Source: Acidobacteriota bacterium (GTDB lineage Bacteria > Acidobacteriota > UBA890 > WLXD01). Taken from it: a stretch of DNA of 64,000 nt. The position numbers and the translations under genes were made by a program. Below, one piece after another: positions 29,897-40,578 of this stretch. The first letter of the stretch is position 1, and each line of letters starts with the position of its first letter. The notes beneath the pieces were generated by a model. It searched no databases. It was not told the DNA's origin and worked only from the letters and a program-made list of their open reading frames with translations. The DNA is taken from NCBI GenBank assembly GCA_965248695.1, contig CBDFKD010000002.1, positions 5,504,001 to 5,568,000 on the forward strand, given 5' to 3'.

Positions 29897-32686
29897 CTAC
29901 TCGGGCAGCGTGCCGATGGGCGAGAGCCGCAGCCGTCGCACTTCGATTTCCGGCCTCGGGGTGTCATCGCCGATCCGGACCACGGAGCGCAATCCGCGGC
30001 TCGTCACCGGTGCGGACCCGGGCACCGCACCGGCCACACCGACCACTGCCAGTGTCCGCAGTGGACCGTCCGGAGCCAGCGCACCGACTGCCGCCAAGGC
30101 GCGGATCTCCCCGCTGGCGAGCCTTCGTGCCCGCGATCTGGTGAGCCCGAGGGCAACGACGGCGCCGGGATCGAGCTCGGCGATCAGCCGGCGCAGCGCG
30201 TCCGGCGCAAGGCCGACTCCCGATGGCCAGGTTTGTTTCAGCACTCCTGCAGAATCGGCTATCTCGTACAGTTGCCATCCGTTGCCGGAGCCAATCGCTT
30301 CCCAAATGTCGTTGATCGCCAGGCGTGTTGCGTCCGCCTGCACATCGAGGAGCACGTCGGCGCGAATCTCGCGACCCGTCGAGCCTACGGCCCGTGCATT
30401 CGCCTCTGGTGTCAACTCGTAGGCGCTCTGGAGTCGGATATGGGCGGTGTCATCCCTTTCGGTCTCGAGCGCCGGAGGAACCGGCACCGTGATATCGACC
30501 CATTCGGTGCTCAGAGCCTCACGTTGTGTGCGGCGGTTTCCCCATCGCACCACGAGCGATGCCGTCCGGCCGCTGGCGACCGCCGGAACACGCGCCTGCA
30601 GTCGGACCTCCATGCCGGCGAGCTCTGCCGGCGGGAAACGCCGCAGGATATCGACGCCGCGATCCCAGTCGAGCTTGGGGCGAAATACGAGAATATCGCC
30701 GAAGCGCGTCACCAGATCGACGTTCACACGGTCGTTGAGCATCCAGGATTCGAGATCCGCGAACTCCTCGGGGGTCATCTTGTCGCCGTGCGCCAGCACG
30801 TAGTCGAGCAATGGGTAGTAGCCGCGCAACAACTGGTAAAAGTCGGAATGATCCCTGGTGTTCGCCAGGCGGGTGAACTCGGGCGGAAGGAAGCTTGCGT
30901 AGCCGTTGACCATGCGCGCCCAATGCAATGTCGAGCCGATCAGATAAACGCCCTGATTCCCTGGCCCGCCCAGCGGCATGACCGGTACGTGGAGCACGGT
31001 GGTGTCGGCCGGCTGGGTCGCGAGCCAGTGATCCGCCGGGTTCGCGGCCGGATCGACCGGGACCGAGGGCAGCGGAGCGACGCGGAACTCCACAACGACA
31101 ACGCCGATCAGCAACGCCGTCGCAACAGCGGGGAGCGATGGGCGACGCAGCGACCAACGACGGACGCTCGCCAGCCGCACCAGCGCTGCCTGCAGGACGA
31201 AGCCGCAATACGCGGCAACGAACAGATTCCAGTAAATCCCGAACCGGGCTATGGAACGCATCGCGTCGTAAGCCGGCAGCGTCTGATAGAGGACCCAGTA
31301 CGGACCGCGCCCGAGGTCAGTCTGTCCGGCGTGCACCGTCGGACCGTAGGCCAATACATAGGCAATCAGCGCCAGATATGCCAGCGTCACGAAAGTGCGT
31401 GCCGGACGAACCGCGTGCGGCGTTGCCCAGCGCCACAAGGCCAGCGCCACCGTCGCACTCGGTGCCACCATCAGTGCCGGGTGCGACGAACGGGCTGCCT
31501 GCAGCACCCATTCGGTAGCCAGAGGCCTCCCGGCCCACGCCGCTAGCAGAACGCTGGCGACGTGCAGCCCGGCGAAACCAGCTGTCGTCCAGCAGGCGAT
31601 CTGGAGGAACCGACGCGCTCCGTCGGTCCTCGGGCCAACGGCCGTTGACGGTGCGCTTGTGGCGGTGACGTCGTCGCTCCCGGGCCAGTCGCCGCGCCAC
31701 GCCTTGGGCAGCAGCCACAAAGTACCGACCAATAACAGAAGGTAGACCACCACCCCCGGGAACAGATTTCCCTCGGCCGTGGTGTAGGCCTGCGACAGCG
31801 GCTGCATGTAGCCGGCACGATTGAAGCCCGATGGTGAGATGAACGAGGTCGGCCGCGCCGACAAGGCGGCCAGTATCTCTACGTCATGCGCGAACCCCTC
31901 GGCGGACCGCACCTGCATGTACGGCGCCATTAGCGGAAGAAGGATGACGGCCATCAATGCCCCGGCGATCAGGAGATCGCGCAGCAAACGCGTCGCAGGA
32001 AGCGACCCCGCACGTCGTGATCGCATTCCGAGACCGCTCAACGCGTACAACACCATGCAGGGCAGCAACATCAGCCCGTGTGAGAGCGAGGCCAGAAACT
32101 GCACGCAGTACAGTAGCGCTGCACCGACGGCGTAGCGCAGCTTGACCGTCTCCAGATAGTGAGCGACGGCCAGAAACGCGAACGGCACCCATTGGCCGCT
32201 GAGCATCTGCAGGTGCGCGAGCTGTCCGAACTTCGCTGGCCCGAAGGCCCACAGCACACCTGCGAATAGCCCCGCCGCCGTGCTTGCCGTCAGGTACCGC
32301 ACCCAGAGCGCCATACCGATGCCGCTCAGGAAGAACGACATCAAGAGCGCAACGTTGTAGGCAAGGATCGGGTGCCCCGCCCAGTTGATCGGCGCCACGA
32401 GAACCGCGGTAGCCAACAGGTTCTCAGACAGCGCCAGCGTATTCTTGCGCGGATAGAACGTGTTGGTATCGAACAGCGCGCCCGGATCTGAACGTAGCGC
32501 ATGCGCGTCCCAGGCCATTACCCAGGTCTGGTGCAGCTCGTCGCCCATCCCCGTCAGCGTCGAGTCCGGCGACGTCCAGATGGGATAGGTGAACAGCAAC
32601 GTCAGCACGGCGAACGCCGCCGCGATTGAGGCCAACACCGGGCCTTCCGGCAGAACACGGACTGGGATGCGGCTGGATGCTGGCAC
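29897..32686 (-). CDS. Large polytopic membrane protein, probable GT-C glycosyltransferase (YfhO-like) with extracytoplasmic C-terminal domains
   Basis: WVMAWDAH, NTFYP...LALSE, HLQML, EGNLFPG, MRSIARF, VNGYASF. Confidence 0.65.
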   Translation of the reverse strand: MPASSRIPVRVLPEGPVLASIAAAFAVLTLLFTYPIWTSPDSTLTGMGDELHQTWVMAWDAHALRSDPGALFDTNTFYPRKNTLALSENLLATAVLVAPINWAGHPILAYNVALLMSFFLSGIGMALWVRYLTASTAAGLFAGVLWAFGPAKFGQLAHLQMLSGQWVPFAFLAVAHYLETVKLRYAVGAALLYCVQFLASLSHGLMLLPCMVLYALSGLGMRSRRAGSLPATRLLRDLLIAGALMAVILLPLMAPYMQVRSAEGFAHDVEILAALSARPTSFISPSGFNRAGYMQPLSQAYTTAEGNLFPGVVVYLLLLVGTLWLLPKAWRGDWPGSDDVTATSAPSTAVGPRTDGARRFLQIACWTTAGFAGLHVASVLLAAWAGRPLATEWVLQAARSSHPALMVAPSATVALALWRWATPHAVRPARTFVTLAYLALIAYVLAYGPTVHAGQTDLGRGPYWVLYQTLPAYDAMRSIARFGIYWNLFVAAYCGFVLQAALVRLASVRRWSLRRPSLPAVATALLIGVVVVEFRVAPLPSVPVDPAANPADHWLATQPADTTVLHVPVMPLGGPGNQGVYLIGSTLHWARMVNGYASFLPPEFTRLANTRDHSDFYQLLRGYYPLLDYVLAHGDKMTPEEFADLESWMLNDRVNVDLVTRFGDILVFRPKLDWDRGVDILRRFPPAELAGMEVRLQARVPAVASGRTASLVVRWGNRRTQREALSTEWVDITVPVPPALETERDDTAHIRLQSAYELTPEANARAVGSTGREIRADVLLDVQADATRLAINDIWEAIGSGNGWQLYEIADSAGVLKQTWPSGVGLAPDALRRLIAELDPGAVVALGLTRSRARRLASGEIRALAAVGALAPDGPLRTLAVVGVAGAVPGSAPVTSRGLRSVVRIGDDTPRPEIEVRRLRLSPIGTLPE

Positions 32687-32887
32687 GCTTGCCTCGGCGC
32701 TGGGGCGACCCGAGCGACCTTAGCGGCGCTCCATGGGGCGGACAAGCTCGGCTTCGTCCATCGTTACGGCAGGAGCCTCCTCATGAGCAACCCGGATCGG
32801 CACCGGGGGCTAGACTCCACCGGACACCGCCCGGGTCTTCATACGCCCGCGTACGTAGCCCCCACCGAGCCCTCGAGGCACCCGAGA

Positions 32888-33775
32888 ATGCGATGCCGCA
32901 GGAGACCCTGGCGAACGCGACCCGTTCCAATCGTGGCGCCGCTGGTTGCGCTTTCACTGCTGGCGCTCCCCCGCCTCGCGGGCGCACAGGAAGAGGCACC
33001 AGATCCGGCCGGATGGACCGGTACCGGAGAGGCTACGTTTGTGTTCACCGGTGGCAACACGGACGCGAGCAGCCTCGGTTTCCGTTTGGCGATCGGGCGC
33101 GCCTGGTCGGGCGGCAAGGTCTCGTTGGAGGGCGGCGGCATTCGCGTGCGCACCGGCACACGCACGCGCAGCGCGGTTGGCAGTCCCGACGACTTCTCGG
33201 TAGTCGAGGACACCACTAGCAGTGTCACGGCAGAGAACTACTACAGCCGCGCCCGCTTCGACCGCCCGATCAGCGATCGCTTCGAATGGCACCTGGGGGC
33301 CGGATGGGAGCGGAATCTGTTCGGTGGCATCGCCAGCCGCTACACGGTCTCGGGCGGCTTGGGACGCGTTTGGGTCGATGACGACGGCTCGCGTCTGCGC
33401 ACCGATCTGGGCCTGACATACACGCGCGAAAACTTCGTCGCTGCGGTACAGGGTGCGCAGTTCGGCGGACTGCGGTTTTCGTCGGACTACAGCCGCAAGC
33501 TCGGCGAAGCGACGACCTTTACCAGCAAGCTGATCGCCGACGAGAGCCTGGCCGACACGGCCGACCTGCGAGCCGACTTCCTCAACTCACTCGCCGTCGC
33601 CATGAGCGATCGTCTGGCGCTGAAGGTCAGCTTACAGGTGCTGTGGGACAATCGGCCGGCTCTGGTCGGCGTTCCATTGGTGTCTGCGGACGGCACGCTG
33701 TCCGGCAGCACCGTCTTGGCACCGCTCGGCAAGACGGACAGCCTGCTTACGCTGGCGCTGGTGATCAATTTCTGA
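32888..33775 (+). CDS. DUF481 family outer-membrane beta-barrel protein
   Basis: Signal peptide, WTGTGEATFVFTGGNT, C-terminal LVINF; start uncertain. Confidence 0.75.
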   Translation: MRCRRRPWRTRPVPIVAPLVALSLLALPRLAGAQEEAPDPAGWTGTGEATFVFTGGNTDASSLGFRLAIGRAWSGGKVSLEGGGIRVRTGTRTRSAVGSPDDFSVVEDTTSSVTAENYYSRARFDRPISDRFEWHLGAGWERNLFGGIASRYTVSGGLGRVWVDDDGSRLRTDLGLTYTRENFVAAVQGAQFGGLRFSSDYSRKLGEATTFTSKLIADESLADTADLRADFLNSLAVAMSDRLALKVSLQVLWDNRPALVGVPLVSADGTLSGSTVLAPLGKTDSLLTLALVINF

Positions 33776-33792
33776 GATCGGAGGTTCGCCCC

Positions 33793-34389
33793 ATGTCTGA
33801 AGCTGTGAGCGTCTACGGGTTCGAGACCTCGAACAACTTCAAGGTTCGAGTGGCGCTCGGTTACAAGGACATCCCCTACGATTTCCACACCATCTCCCCT
33901 GGCGACAGGTCCGCTGTGATCGCGGTGTCCGGCCAGCCCTTCACACCGGTGCTGGTCCACGGCGACGTCGTCATTCCCGACTCGGCGGCGATCTTGCGCT
34001 ACCTGGACGCCAACTTCCGGGATACACCTCGGCTTTTCAGCGCCGCGTACGATGAGCTGCGGGAGATCGAAGGCTGGGAAGGCTGGGGCCGGACAACCCT
34101 GGCACGGCCGCTCCTGATGCTTGTCCGTCAGCGGCGCGAGGACCGCGACGATCCGGCGGAGCGTCAGCACGCAGCCGAGTTGTTCGCTACCGCCTGTCGA
34201 CACCTGGACGAGAGCTTGGGGGACGCGGAGTGGCTCATCGGGGCGCGGCTCACTGCCGCCGATGCTACCTGCGCGCCGGTTCTCCATCGGGCCAGCGAGT
34301 CCGGCATGTTGCCACTGCCAGACGACATCAACGCCACCCTCGACTGGATGGGGCGGGTGATGGCCTACGACTCGGGCCCGACGCCGTAG
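33793..34389 (+). CDS. Glutathione S-transferase family protein
   Basis: SNNFKVRVAL, TPVLVHG, DSAAILRYL, WLIGARLTAAD; GGAGG RBS. Confidence 0.85.
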   Translation: MSEAVSVYGFETSNNFKVRVALGYKDIPYDFHTISPGDRSAVIAVSGQPFTPVLVHGDVVIPDSAAILRYLDANFRDTPRLFSAAYDELREIEGWEGWGRTTLARPLLMLVRQRREDRDDPAERQHAAELFATACRHLDESLGDAEWLIGARLTAADATCAPVLHRASESGMLPLPDDINATLDWMGRVMAYDSGPTP

Positions 34390-34391
34390 CG

Positions 34392-35852
34392 TCAGGACCC
34401 GGGAGCCTCCCATGGGGTAGCCTCGAACACCTCGAATGCAGCCCGGAGCCGGCCGAGCAAATTCTCCTTCTCGACTCCGGGCAAGAAGCTATATTCGATA
34501 CTGTTCAGCGCCAGCATCTTCAGTGTCCGATAAGACACCTCGTCGTTGCGTGCCGCGAGCGCGAACTGCTGCTGCAAATCCGAGAACATCGGTCCCGGAT
34601 CGTCGGTCGACAGGGCCACAGGCACACCCGCCGCCAGGTAGTCGAGCAACGCGTGCCCTACGGGTCCCACACCGAGCAGCTGACGGTTGCTCTCGAGATT
34701 GATCTCCACCGCGGTGCCCCGCTGTTTCATCGTCTCCAGCAGGCGGGTCGCGTCGGGGTCGGCACGCAGAGCTACCGCATGCCCGACCCGATCTGCATCT
34801 GCGCCACCGGCCGACGCCGGCGCGACCGCGAGCGCGATGTGGCTCTGAGCGCCGAGAACCGTGGCAAGCCGCTCGGTCATCTCGCCGGCGTGTAGCGTTC
34901 GTTTCACACCCGGGTAGTAGGCCGCCATTTCGCCGAACATCCTCATATGGAGCTTGTAGTCTCCAACCGACACCGGGTGCGTCTCCGGGCCCGCAAAGTT
35001 GATCCCGACCACGAGCGGGCTTGCCTGCGCGATCTCGTACGCCAGCAGCAGGCGCACGAAGACCCGTGTCGGATCCACGGTGCGGACAAGTATTTGCTGG
35101 AAACGCACCAGGACGTCGCATCCTGGGTCAGGCCGATCGCCGCCACAACCGAGAAGCTGGTCCGAACGGGCCAGCTCCCGAGGCATCGCCTCCACAGTGG
35201 CGTCGCGGATCTCGGCAAAGAGCGGATGCGCTACAACCCTGTTGCGTAGCGTGTTGAGGTCGTCATCCCATTGGACCGCGCGGATCAGGTCGGCGCGCGC
35301 GTCGGCGGCGGGCGTGTAGCCGCTCGACGTCTCCAGATACATCACGCCCTGACGTGCCGCCAGCGACCTGACAGCGGCTAGCATGCGGGGAAAATCGCGC
35401 CGCGCCAGGGCAGACTGGCCAAAGGTGGTGAAGAAATAGTCGTTGGCATCGATGCGATCGATCGCGGCGTCGTTCGCCAGGTAATCCTGCATCGACCAGC
35501 GGCGCTCGATCTCGCCATGAAACACCGCGTCTTCCAGTGCCTCCGCCACCGGCCGCTGGCCCGCTGCACAGGGCGGTTCCGTCAGGCTCCAAACGAGCTC
35601 CTCGGCGGTCGGCAGACACAGCCCATCCTGTGCGGCCATCCGAATGAGCGTCGCCGGGCGAATGCCGCCAGAGGCGTGATGGTGCAGGTCTCCGCCTAGC
35701 GGCATCTGTCGGAGAAACTGGTCGAGTTGGGCCGGGTCATGGCGAATACGCTCGAAGTGCGCTCCGGTAGCAGCTTCCGGATCGCCGGCCGGTCCGCTAC
35801 CGCAGCCGACGCCGAAGACGATCAGGGACACCGCAACGCCGAGAGATCTCAT
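34392..35852 (-). CDS. Adenosine deaminase family protein with lipoprotein signal
   Basis: DLHHHASG, TLHAGE, DRVGH, EINLESN, LSTDDPG; N-terminal LIVFGVGC lipobox. Confidence 0.85.
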   Translation of the reverse strand: MRSLGVAVSLIVFGVGCGSGPAGDPEAATGAHFERIRHDPAQLDQFLRQMPLGGDLHHHASGGIRPATLIRMAAQDGLCLPTAEELVWSLTEPPCAAGQRPVAEALEDAVFHGEIERRWSMQDYLANDAAIDRIDANDYFFTTFGQSALARRDFPRMLAAVRSLAARQGVMYLETSSGYTPAADARADLIRAVQWDDDLNTLRNRVVAHPLFAEIRDATVEAMPRELARSDQLLGCGGDRPDPGCDVLVRFQQILVRTVDPTRVFVRLLLAYEIAQASPLVVGINFAGPETHPVSVGDYKLHMRMFGEMAAYYPGVKRTLHAGEMTERLATVLGAQSHIALAVAPASAGGADADRVGHAVALRADPDATRLLETMKQRGTAVEINLESNRQLLGVGPVGHALLDYLAAGVPVALSTDDPGPMFSDLQQQFALAARNDEVSYRTLKMLALNSIEYSFLPGVEKENLLGRLRAAFEVFEATPWEAPGS

Positions 35853-35920
35853 GACCTCACCGTGGAGCCGTTCGTCGGGTTGGCGGCATCCGGGCTCATC
35901 CTCGCAGGCAGCTCGCCACA

Positions 35921-36898
35921 CTATTGTTGCGCGCTCTTGCCGGTGTAGGAGCCCAGCTTCCGCTCGCCGTCACACAACGGCTCGTGCGAAAGATCGAGAT
36001 TGGGTACCCGAGCGACGCTCTCCAGGACAATCGGCACCGCTCCGGCAGTGATGCGAGCCACAGCATCGCGCATGTCCTCATAGTCAAAGGGCCGCACCCC
36101 CATCGCAGGGTTGGAAACCGAGTTCAACACGGCAAATCGTATGCCTAGCTGCCGCGCGTAGACCGCTTCCGTACCGACGTTGTGGGTAACGAAATCTGCC
36201 CCCCACGTACGCATCATGCGGATCTCCGCCGGAGTCTCGAACCGACCCGGGTCGTCCTGCACCATGGTCGCGGTACGGTGCACTCGGCCGCTGTATTGCT
36301 GTTCAGCAACCTCGATCAGCAAGTCCCGGATCTGGGGGCAAAATGGCCGATCGAAGGTGGCAAAGAAATCGCGGCCGCGGGCGGCAATTACCTCGTCCCG
36401 GTCCGCCACCGCTCGCAGAATGCTCTGCGGTCGCTGGTTTCCGACGACGATAAGATCATCAACAACCACCAGGTCGTCGAAGTCATACCCCGTGTTGATC
36501 GAGCCCCCGGTGGCACCACCGAACGCCACCCGCACGCCCAGCTCGTACAGCGCCAACCAGGTCTTGACGAAATGCCACCCGGGCGGCTCGCCGGCAACAC
36601 GTGCCTCACTCCCATGCATCCGCACGTAGTAGAACGGCACGCCCTTGAAGCGCATGCGATAGATCGGCGGGCTCTCTCCGGCCGCCGTCTGCACGGTAAG
36701 GTCACCCTCTTCTTCGACGAGGCCCTTGCCGAAGGAAGCCGGCTCACCGAACGAGGTGCCTCCGACGACGGCGACGATCACTTGATCGTCAGCCTCGTCC
36801 TGTACTGGCACCGCCATCGTCGCCGCGTCCGCGGTGACGAGAATCAACAGCATGACGAGTATGCCGGCTACGGGCGCCGTTCGCGCGCCGTCGATCAT
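35921..36898 (-). CDS. MTAP/purine nucleoside phosphorylase family protein with N-terminal signal-like segment
   Basis: VAVVGGT, RMHG, GGSIN, PFCP, GRFETPAEI, TEAVYARQLG, VSNPAMG. Confidence 0.8.
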   Translation of the reverse strand: MIDGARTAPVAGILVMLLILVTADAATMAVPVQDEADDQVIVAVVGGTSFGEPASFGKGLVEEEGDLTVQTAAGESPPIYRMRFKGVPFYYVRMHGSEARVAGEPPGWHFVKTWLALYELGVRVAFGGATGGSINTGYDFDDLVVVDDLIVVGNQRPQSILRAVADRDEVIAARGRDFFATFDRPFCPQIRDLLIEVAEQQYSGRVHRTATMVQDDPGRFETPAEIRMMRTWGADFVTHNVGTEAVYARQLGIRFAVLNSVSNPAMGVRPFDYEDMRDAVARITAGAVPIVLESVARVPNLDLSHEPLCDGERKLGSYTGKSAQQ

Positions 36899-37014
36899 GA
36901 CGCCTCCTCCCTCTCTGGCGTTTCGCCGCTCTTGAGGTTGTCTTCCGTTGTCTGCAACGTTGAATCAGCTCCGGGAGAGGGATTCAAGCCAGAGTCGCGG
37001 AATGTTGCCGTGCC

Positions 37015-38418
37015 GAGATATAACCGGAAGTTGTGGATGGGAGGAAAAAGAAAGGCGGCGTAACCTTCGCTGGGATCATCAACAACCAGCAGCCGGCTGT
37101 GGAGGCCGGGAAGGAGACGCCACCCGTGCTCAAGATTATCGGTGGATCGGACGCGGAGGAAGGACAGCTGACACTGGACGTCGATGAGCTCGCCCGGCAG
37201 GGCGCGCTGCAGATGCTGGCAACAGCACTGGAGTGGGAGGTTCAGGAGTATATCCAGAGCCACGCCGGGCAACTGGATGAAGCCGGCCGTCGGCAAGTGG
37301 TACGCAACGGTCGGGCTCGCGCACGCAAGATCACGTTGGGGTGCGGGACGGTGCAAGTAGCCGCGCCACGGGTCAACGACAAGCGGCTCGACGAGCAGGG
37401 ACTGAGGCAGCGGTTCAGCAGTCGGATCCTGCCGCCCTACATGCGGCGCTCGCCGAAGGTGGCGGAGGTGCTGCCGGTGCTGTACCTGCGGGGCCTGTCG
37501 ACGGGCGACTTCAAGGAGGCGCTGCCGATCTTACTGGGACAGGAAGCCAGCGGGCTGTCGGCATCGGCGATCTGCCGGCTGACGAACGCCTGGAGCACGG
37601 AGTACGAGGCATTCCGGAAGCTGGATCTGTCCACCAAGCAGTACGTATACGTGTGGGCGGACGGTGTGCACTTCAACATTCGACTCGAGGATGATCGGCT
37701 GTGCACGCTGGTGATCCTGGGCGTTTTGCCGGACGGAACCAAGGAGCTCATCGCGGTCGAGGACGGGTATCGAGAGAGCACCGAGAGCTGGGCGTTCGTG
37801 CTCCGGGAGCTGAAGCGTCGAGGCATGCGGGCGCCGCTCGTGGCAGTGGGTGATGGGGCGCTGGGGTTCTGGGCGGCGGTGCGGGATGTATGGCCCCAGA
37901 CTCGAGAGCAACGATGCTGGGTGCATCGGCTTGGCAACGTGCTCGACAAGCTACCGAGGCGGCTGCAGGCCAAAGCCAAGCGCGCGCTGCACGAGATCAT
38001 CGGTGCGCCAACGCGCGAGGATGCTCAGGAGGGCATGGCGCGGTTCGCAGCCGACTACGGCGCCAAGTACTCCAAGGCCGTGGCGTCGTTGCAACGCGAC
38101 TCCGACAAGCTGCTGACGTTCTACGACTTCCCCGCCGACCACTGGGTTCATCTGCGCACGGCCAACCCGATCGAGTCGGCGTTCGCCACCGTACGCCTGA
38201 GACAACGCGTCACCAAGGGCGCCGGCTCACGCACCAAGGCGCTGACGATGGCATTCAAGCTCCTGGAGATGGCACAGCAACGATGGCGCCGCATCAACGC
38301 TCCTCACCTCACTGCCCTCGTACTCGAGGGCGCCACATTCGTCGATGGAGTTCACCTGATCGCTAGCGAAGACGCCGCCTGAACAAATCCACCGATCCAC
38401 AACATTTGCAAATAACTC
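37015..38418 (+). mobile_element. IS256-family insertion sequence
   Basis: Imperfect terminal inverted repeats GAGATATAACCGGAAGTTGTGGAT / GAGTTATTTGCAAATGTTGTGGAT; no flanking direct repeat seen. Confidence 0.85.
37126..38382 (+). CDS. IS256-family (Mutator) transposase
   Basis: VVRNG, LYLRGLSTGDF, YVWADG, AVGDGALGFW, QRCWVH, RTANPIES; AAGGAG RBS before GTG. Confidence 0.93.
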   Translation: MLKIIGGSDAEEGQLTLDVDELARQGALQMLATALEWEVQEYIQSHAGQLDEAGRRQVVRNGRARARKITLGCGTVQVAAPRVNDKRLDEQGLRQRFSSRILPPYMRRSPKVAEVLPVLYLRGLSTGDFKEALPILLGQEASGLSASAICRLTNAWSTEYEAFRKLDLSTKQYVYVWADGVHFNIRLEDDRLCTLVILGVLPDGTKELIAVEDGYRESTESWAFVLRELKRRGMRAPLVAVGDGALGFWAAVRDVWPQTREQRCWVHRLGNVLDKLPRRLQAKAKRALHEIIGAPTREDAQEGMARFAADYGAKYSKAVASLQRDSDKLLTFYDFPADHWVHLRTANPIESAFATVRLRQRVTKGAGSRTKALTMAFKLLEMAQQRWRRINAPHLTALVLEGATFVDGVHLIASEDAA

Positions 38419-38709
38419 GGTCGTCATCAAGCCAACTACTGCAGTGCCGTCGCGAAGGAGAGAATCGAGGGGCTGTTTTTCCTGATCGAGTGCGGACTGT
38501 AGTTGAAGGTTCGGGATCTGTTCGCCCGGTGTTAGGTCGCGCGACGTGGTCTGGCGCTCCGCAAGTGCTGCTTTGAGCGCACGATTCTGGTCGGCGAGTA
38601 TCCAAATCACTGCCGTTGCGCTCACGGCGGCGATCAGAACGAGAGCCGGCCCAACCCAGTCACGCGATACAAACTGCTTACGTATCGGCAAATCTGTTTC
38701 ACTCCTCAC
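38419..38709 (-). pseudogene. 5' fragment of a membrane-anchored redoxin (TlpA/AhpC-like) truncated by IS256
   Basis: TM, QNRALK, LTPGEQIPNLQL, AVVGLMTT, then the IS end where CxxC is expected. Confidence 0.5.
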
Positions 38710-38720
38710 GGCAGCGTCCT

Positions 38721-39980
38721 TGACCTGACCCCGCGGTTAGTACCATGTCTTATCTCAGTAACTCGGTGCTGACAAGAGGTTGTTGAGGCCGGCGAAGCGG
38801 AGCGCAGCCGGCTTCAACAACGTCGCTTCGGGTGCGGGCGGCCGATAGCTCAGCGAGCTGTGCGGTCGCATGCGGTTGTAGTGCTGACGCCATCTCTCGA
38901 TCAGAACCTTTGCCTCCTTGAGCGTGTAGAAGATCTCTCCATCCAGCAGCTCGTCGCGTAGCTTGCCGTTGAAGCTCTCCACGTAACCGTTCTCCCACGG
39001 CGAGCCCGGCTCGATGAACAGCGTCCCCACGCCCAACCGGCCCAGCCAGTCGCGAACCGCCTCGGCGGTGAACTCTGGTCCGTTATCCGACCGGATGTGC
39101 TCAGGTATGCCCCGGTGTACGAACAACCTCCCGAGCTGCTCCAGCACGTCCTCAGAGTTGAGCTTCCGTGCTACATGGATCGCCAGGCTTTCTCGTGTGT
39201 ACTCATCGACGATCGTCAGCAGCCTCATAGCCCGACCGTCGTGCGTCCGGTGGTGCAGGAAGTCATACGCCCAGACATGATCCCGGTGCTGTGGGCGCAG
39301 CCGGATGCAGGAGCCATCGCTCAGCCACAGCCGTGCTCGTTTGGGCTGTTTTCTCGGTACTTTCAGCCCTTCGCGCCGCCAGATACGCTGCACTCGTTTG
39401 TGGTTCACGGACCAGCCCTCCATGCGCAGCAACGCTGTCACCCTCCGATATCCGTAGCGCCCGTACTGTCGGGCTAAATCCACGATCCGCTCCGTCAAAA
39501 TCTGCTCCTGTTGCGGCTCTCTTGGCACGTACCGGTGTGTCGTGCGTGGTTGTTTCAGTACCCGACACGCCCGCCTCTCCGAGACGCCCAGCCGCCCCCG
39601 TACATGTGCCACCGCCTCTCGCCGCCGAGCTGGGCTCAGAAGTTTCCCTCCGCCACTTCCTTCAGGATCGACAGGTCGAGTTCCTTTTCCGCCACCAGCC
39701 TCTTGAGCCGGGCATTCTCCTTCTCCAGTTGCTTGAGCTTTCTGGCCTGGTTGAGCTTCAGTCCGCCGTACTCTCGCCGCCACCGGTAGTAGGTGTGCTC
39801 GGTGATTGCTAGCTTGCGGCAGGCATCCTTGACCGTCGCCCCTCGAGCCAGCTCCACCTCAGCCTCCCGGAGCTTGCGTACGATCTGCTCGGCGCTGTGC
39901 CTCTTACTCGGCATTCTGACCTCCCGTTCTTGACCCAGATCGTGAGATTACATCCGGATCCGTTTTCGGGGGTCAGGTCA
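38721..39980 (-). mobile_element. IS3-family insertion sequence, copy 1 (1260 bp)
   Basis: TGACCTGACCCC termini; orfA 39636-39914 and orfB to 38755; translations identical to copy 2. Confidence 0.95.
38755..39914 (-). CDS. IS3 transposase OrfAB (-1 programmed frameshift)
   Basis: OrfA HTH and leucine zipper; GGGAAAC slippery site; OrfB DDE (WAYDF, SDNGPEF, ENGYVESFN). Confidence 0.92.
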
Positions 39981-40512
39981 AGAGCGCTTCGTCCCCGGCG
40001 GCATCCGCCACCTCGCCTATGCCAACCACCCGCTACCGATCGGCTACGACCAGACCATCTCGCAGCCCTATATCGTAGCGTTGATGACAGAGCTGATCGA
40101 TCCACAACCCACTGACCGCGTGCCGGAGATCGGCACCGGCTCCGGCTACCAGGCCGCCGTCCTGGCCGAGCTTGGCTCGGAGGTGTTCACTATCGAGATC
40201 ATTCCGGAACTCGCCGCCTCCGCGGTCACGCTGCTCGGTGAACTCGGCTACGACCGTGTCCACGTTCGTCACGGTGACGGGTACATGGGTTGGCCTGACG
40301 AAGCTCCGTTCGACCAGGTGATTGTGACGGCTGCGCCGGAAGAGATCCCTATGGCGCTCGTGGAACAACTCCGCACCGGGGGGAGAATGGTGCTGCCGGT
40401 GGGTCCTCAGGGCGGGGTGCAGCAACTGGTCTTGCTGCGTAAGACCAATGAGGGCGCCGTGCGTCAGGAGCGTGTCATCTCGGTGCGATTCGTCCCCATG
40501 GTGCGGCAATAG
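39981..40512 (+). pseudogene. pcm: Protein-L-isoaspartate O-methyltransferase, 5'-truncated by IS3
   Basis: Frame open from the IS edge: ERFVP...LPIGYDQTISQPYIVALMT, EIGTGSGYQAA, GDGYMGWPDEAPFD, VRFVPM; no start codon. Confidence 0.85.
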
Positions 40513-40578
40513 AGGCTGCTGTCGGGCCGGCGGCCCTGACGCTACCGGATCCATGCAAACTGCGGGTGGACCGGATAG

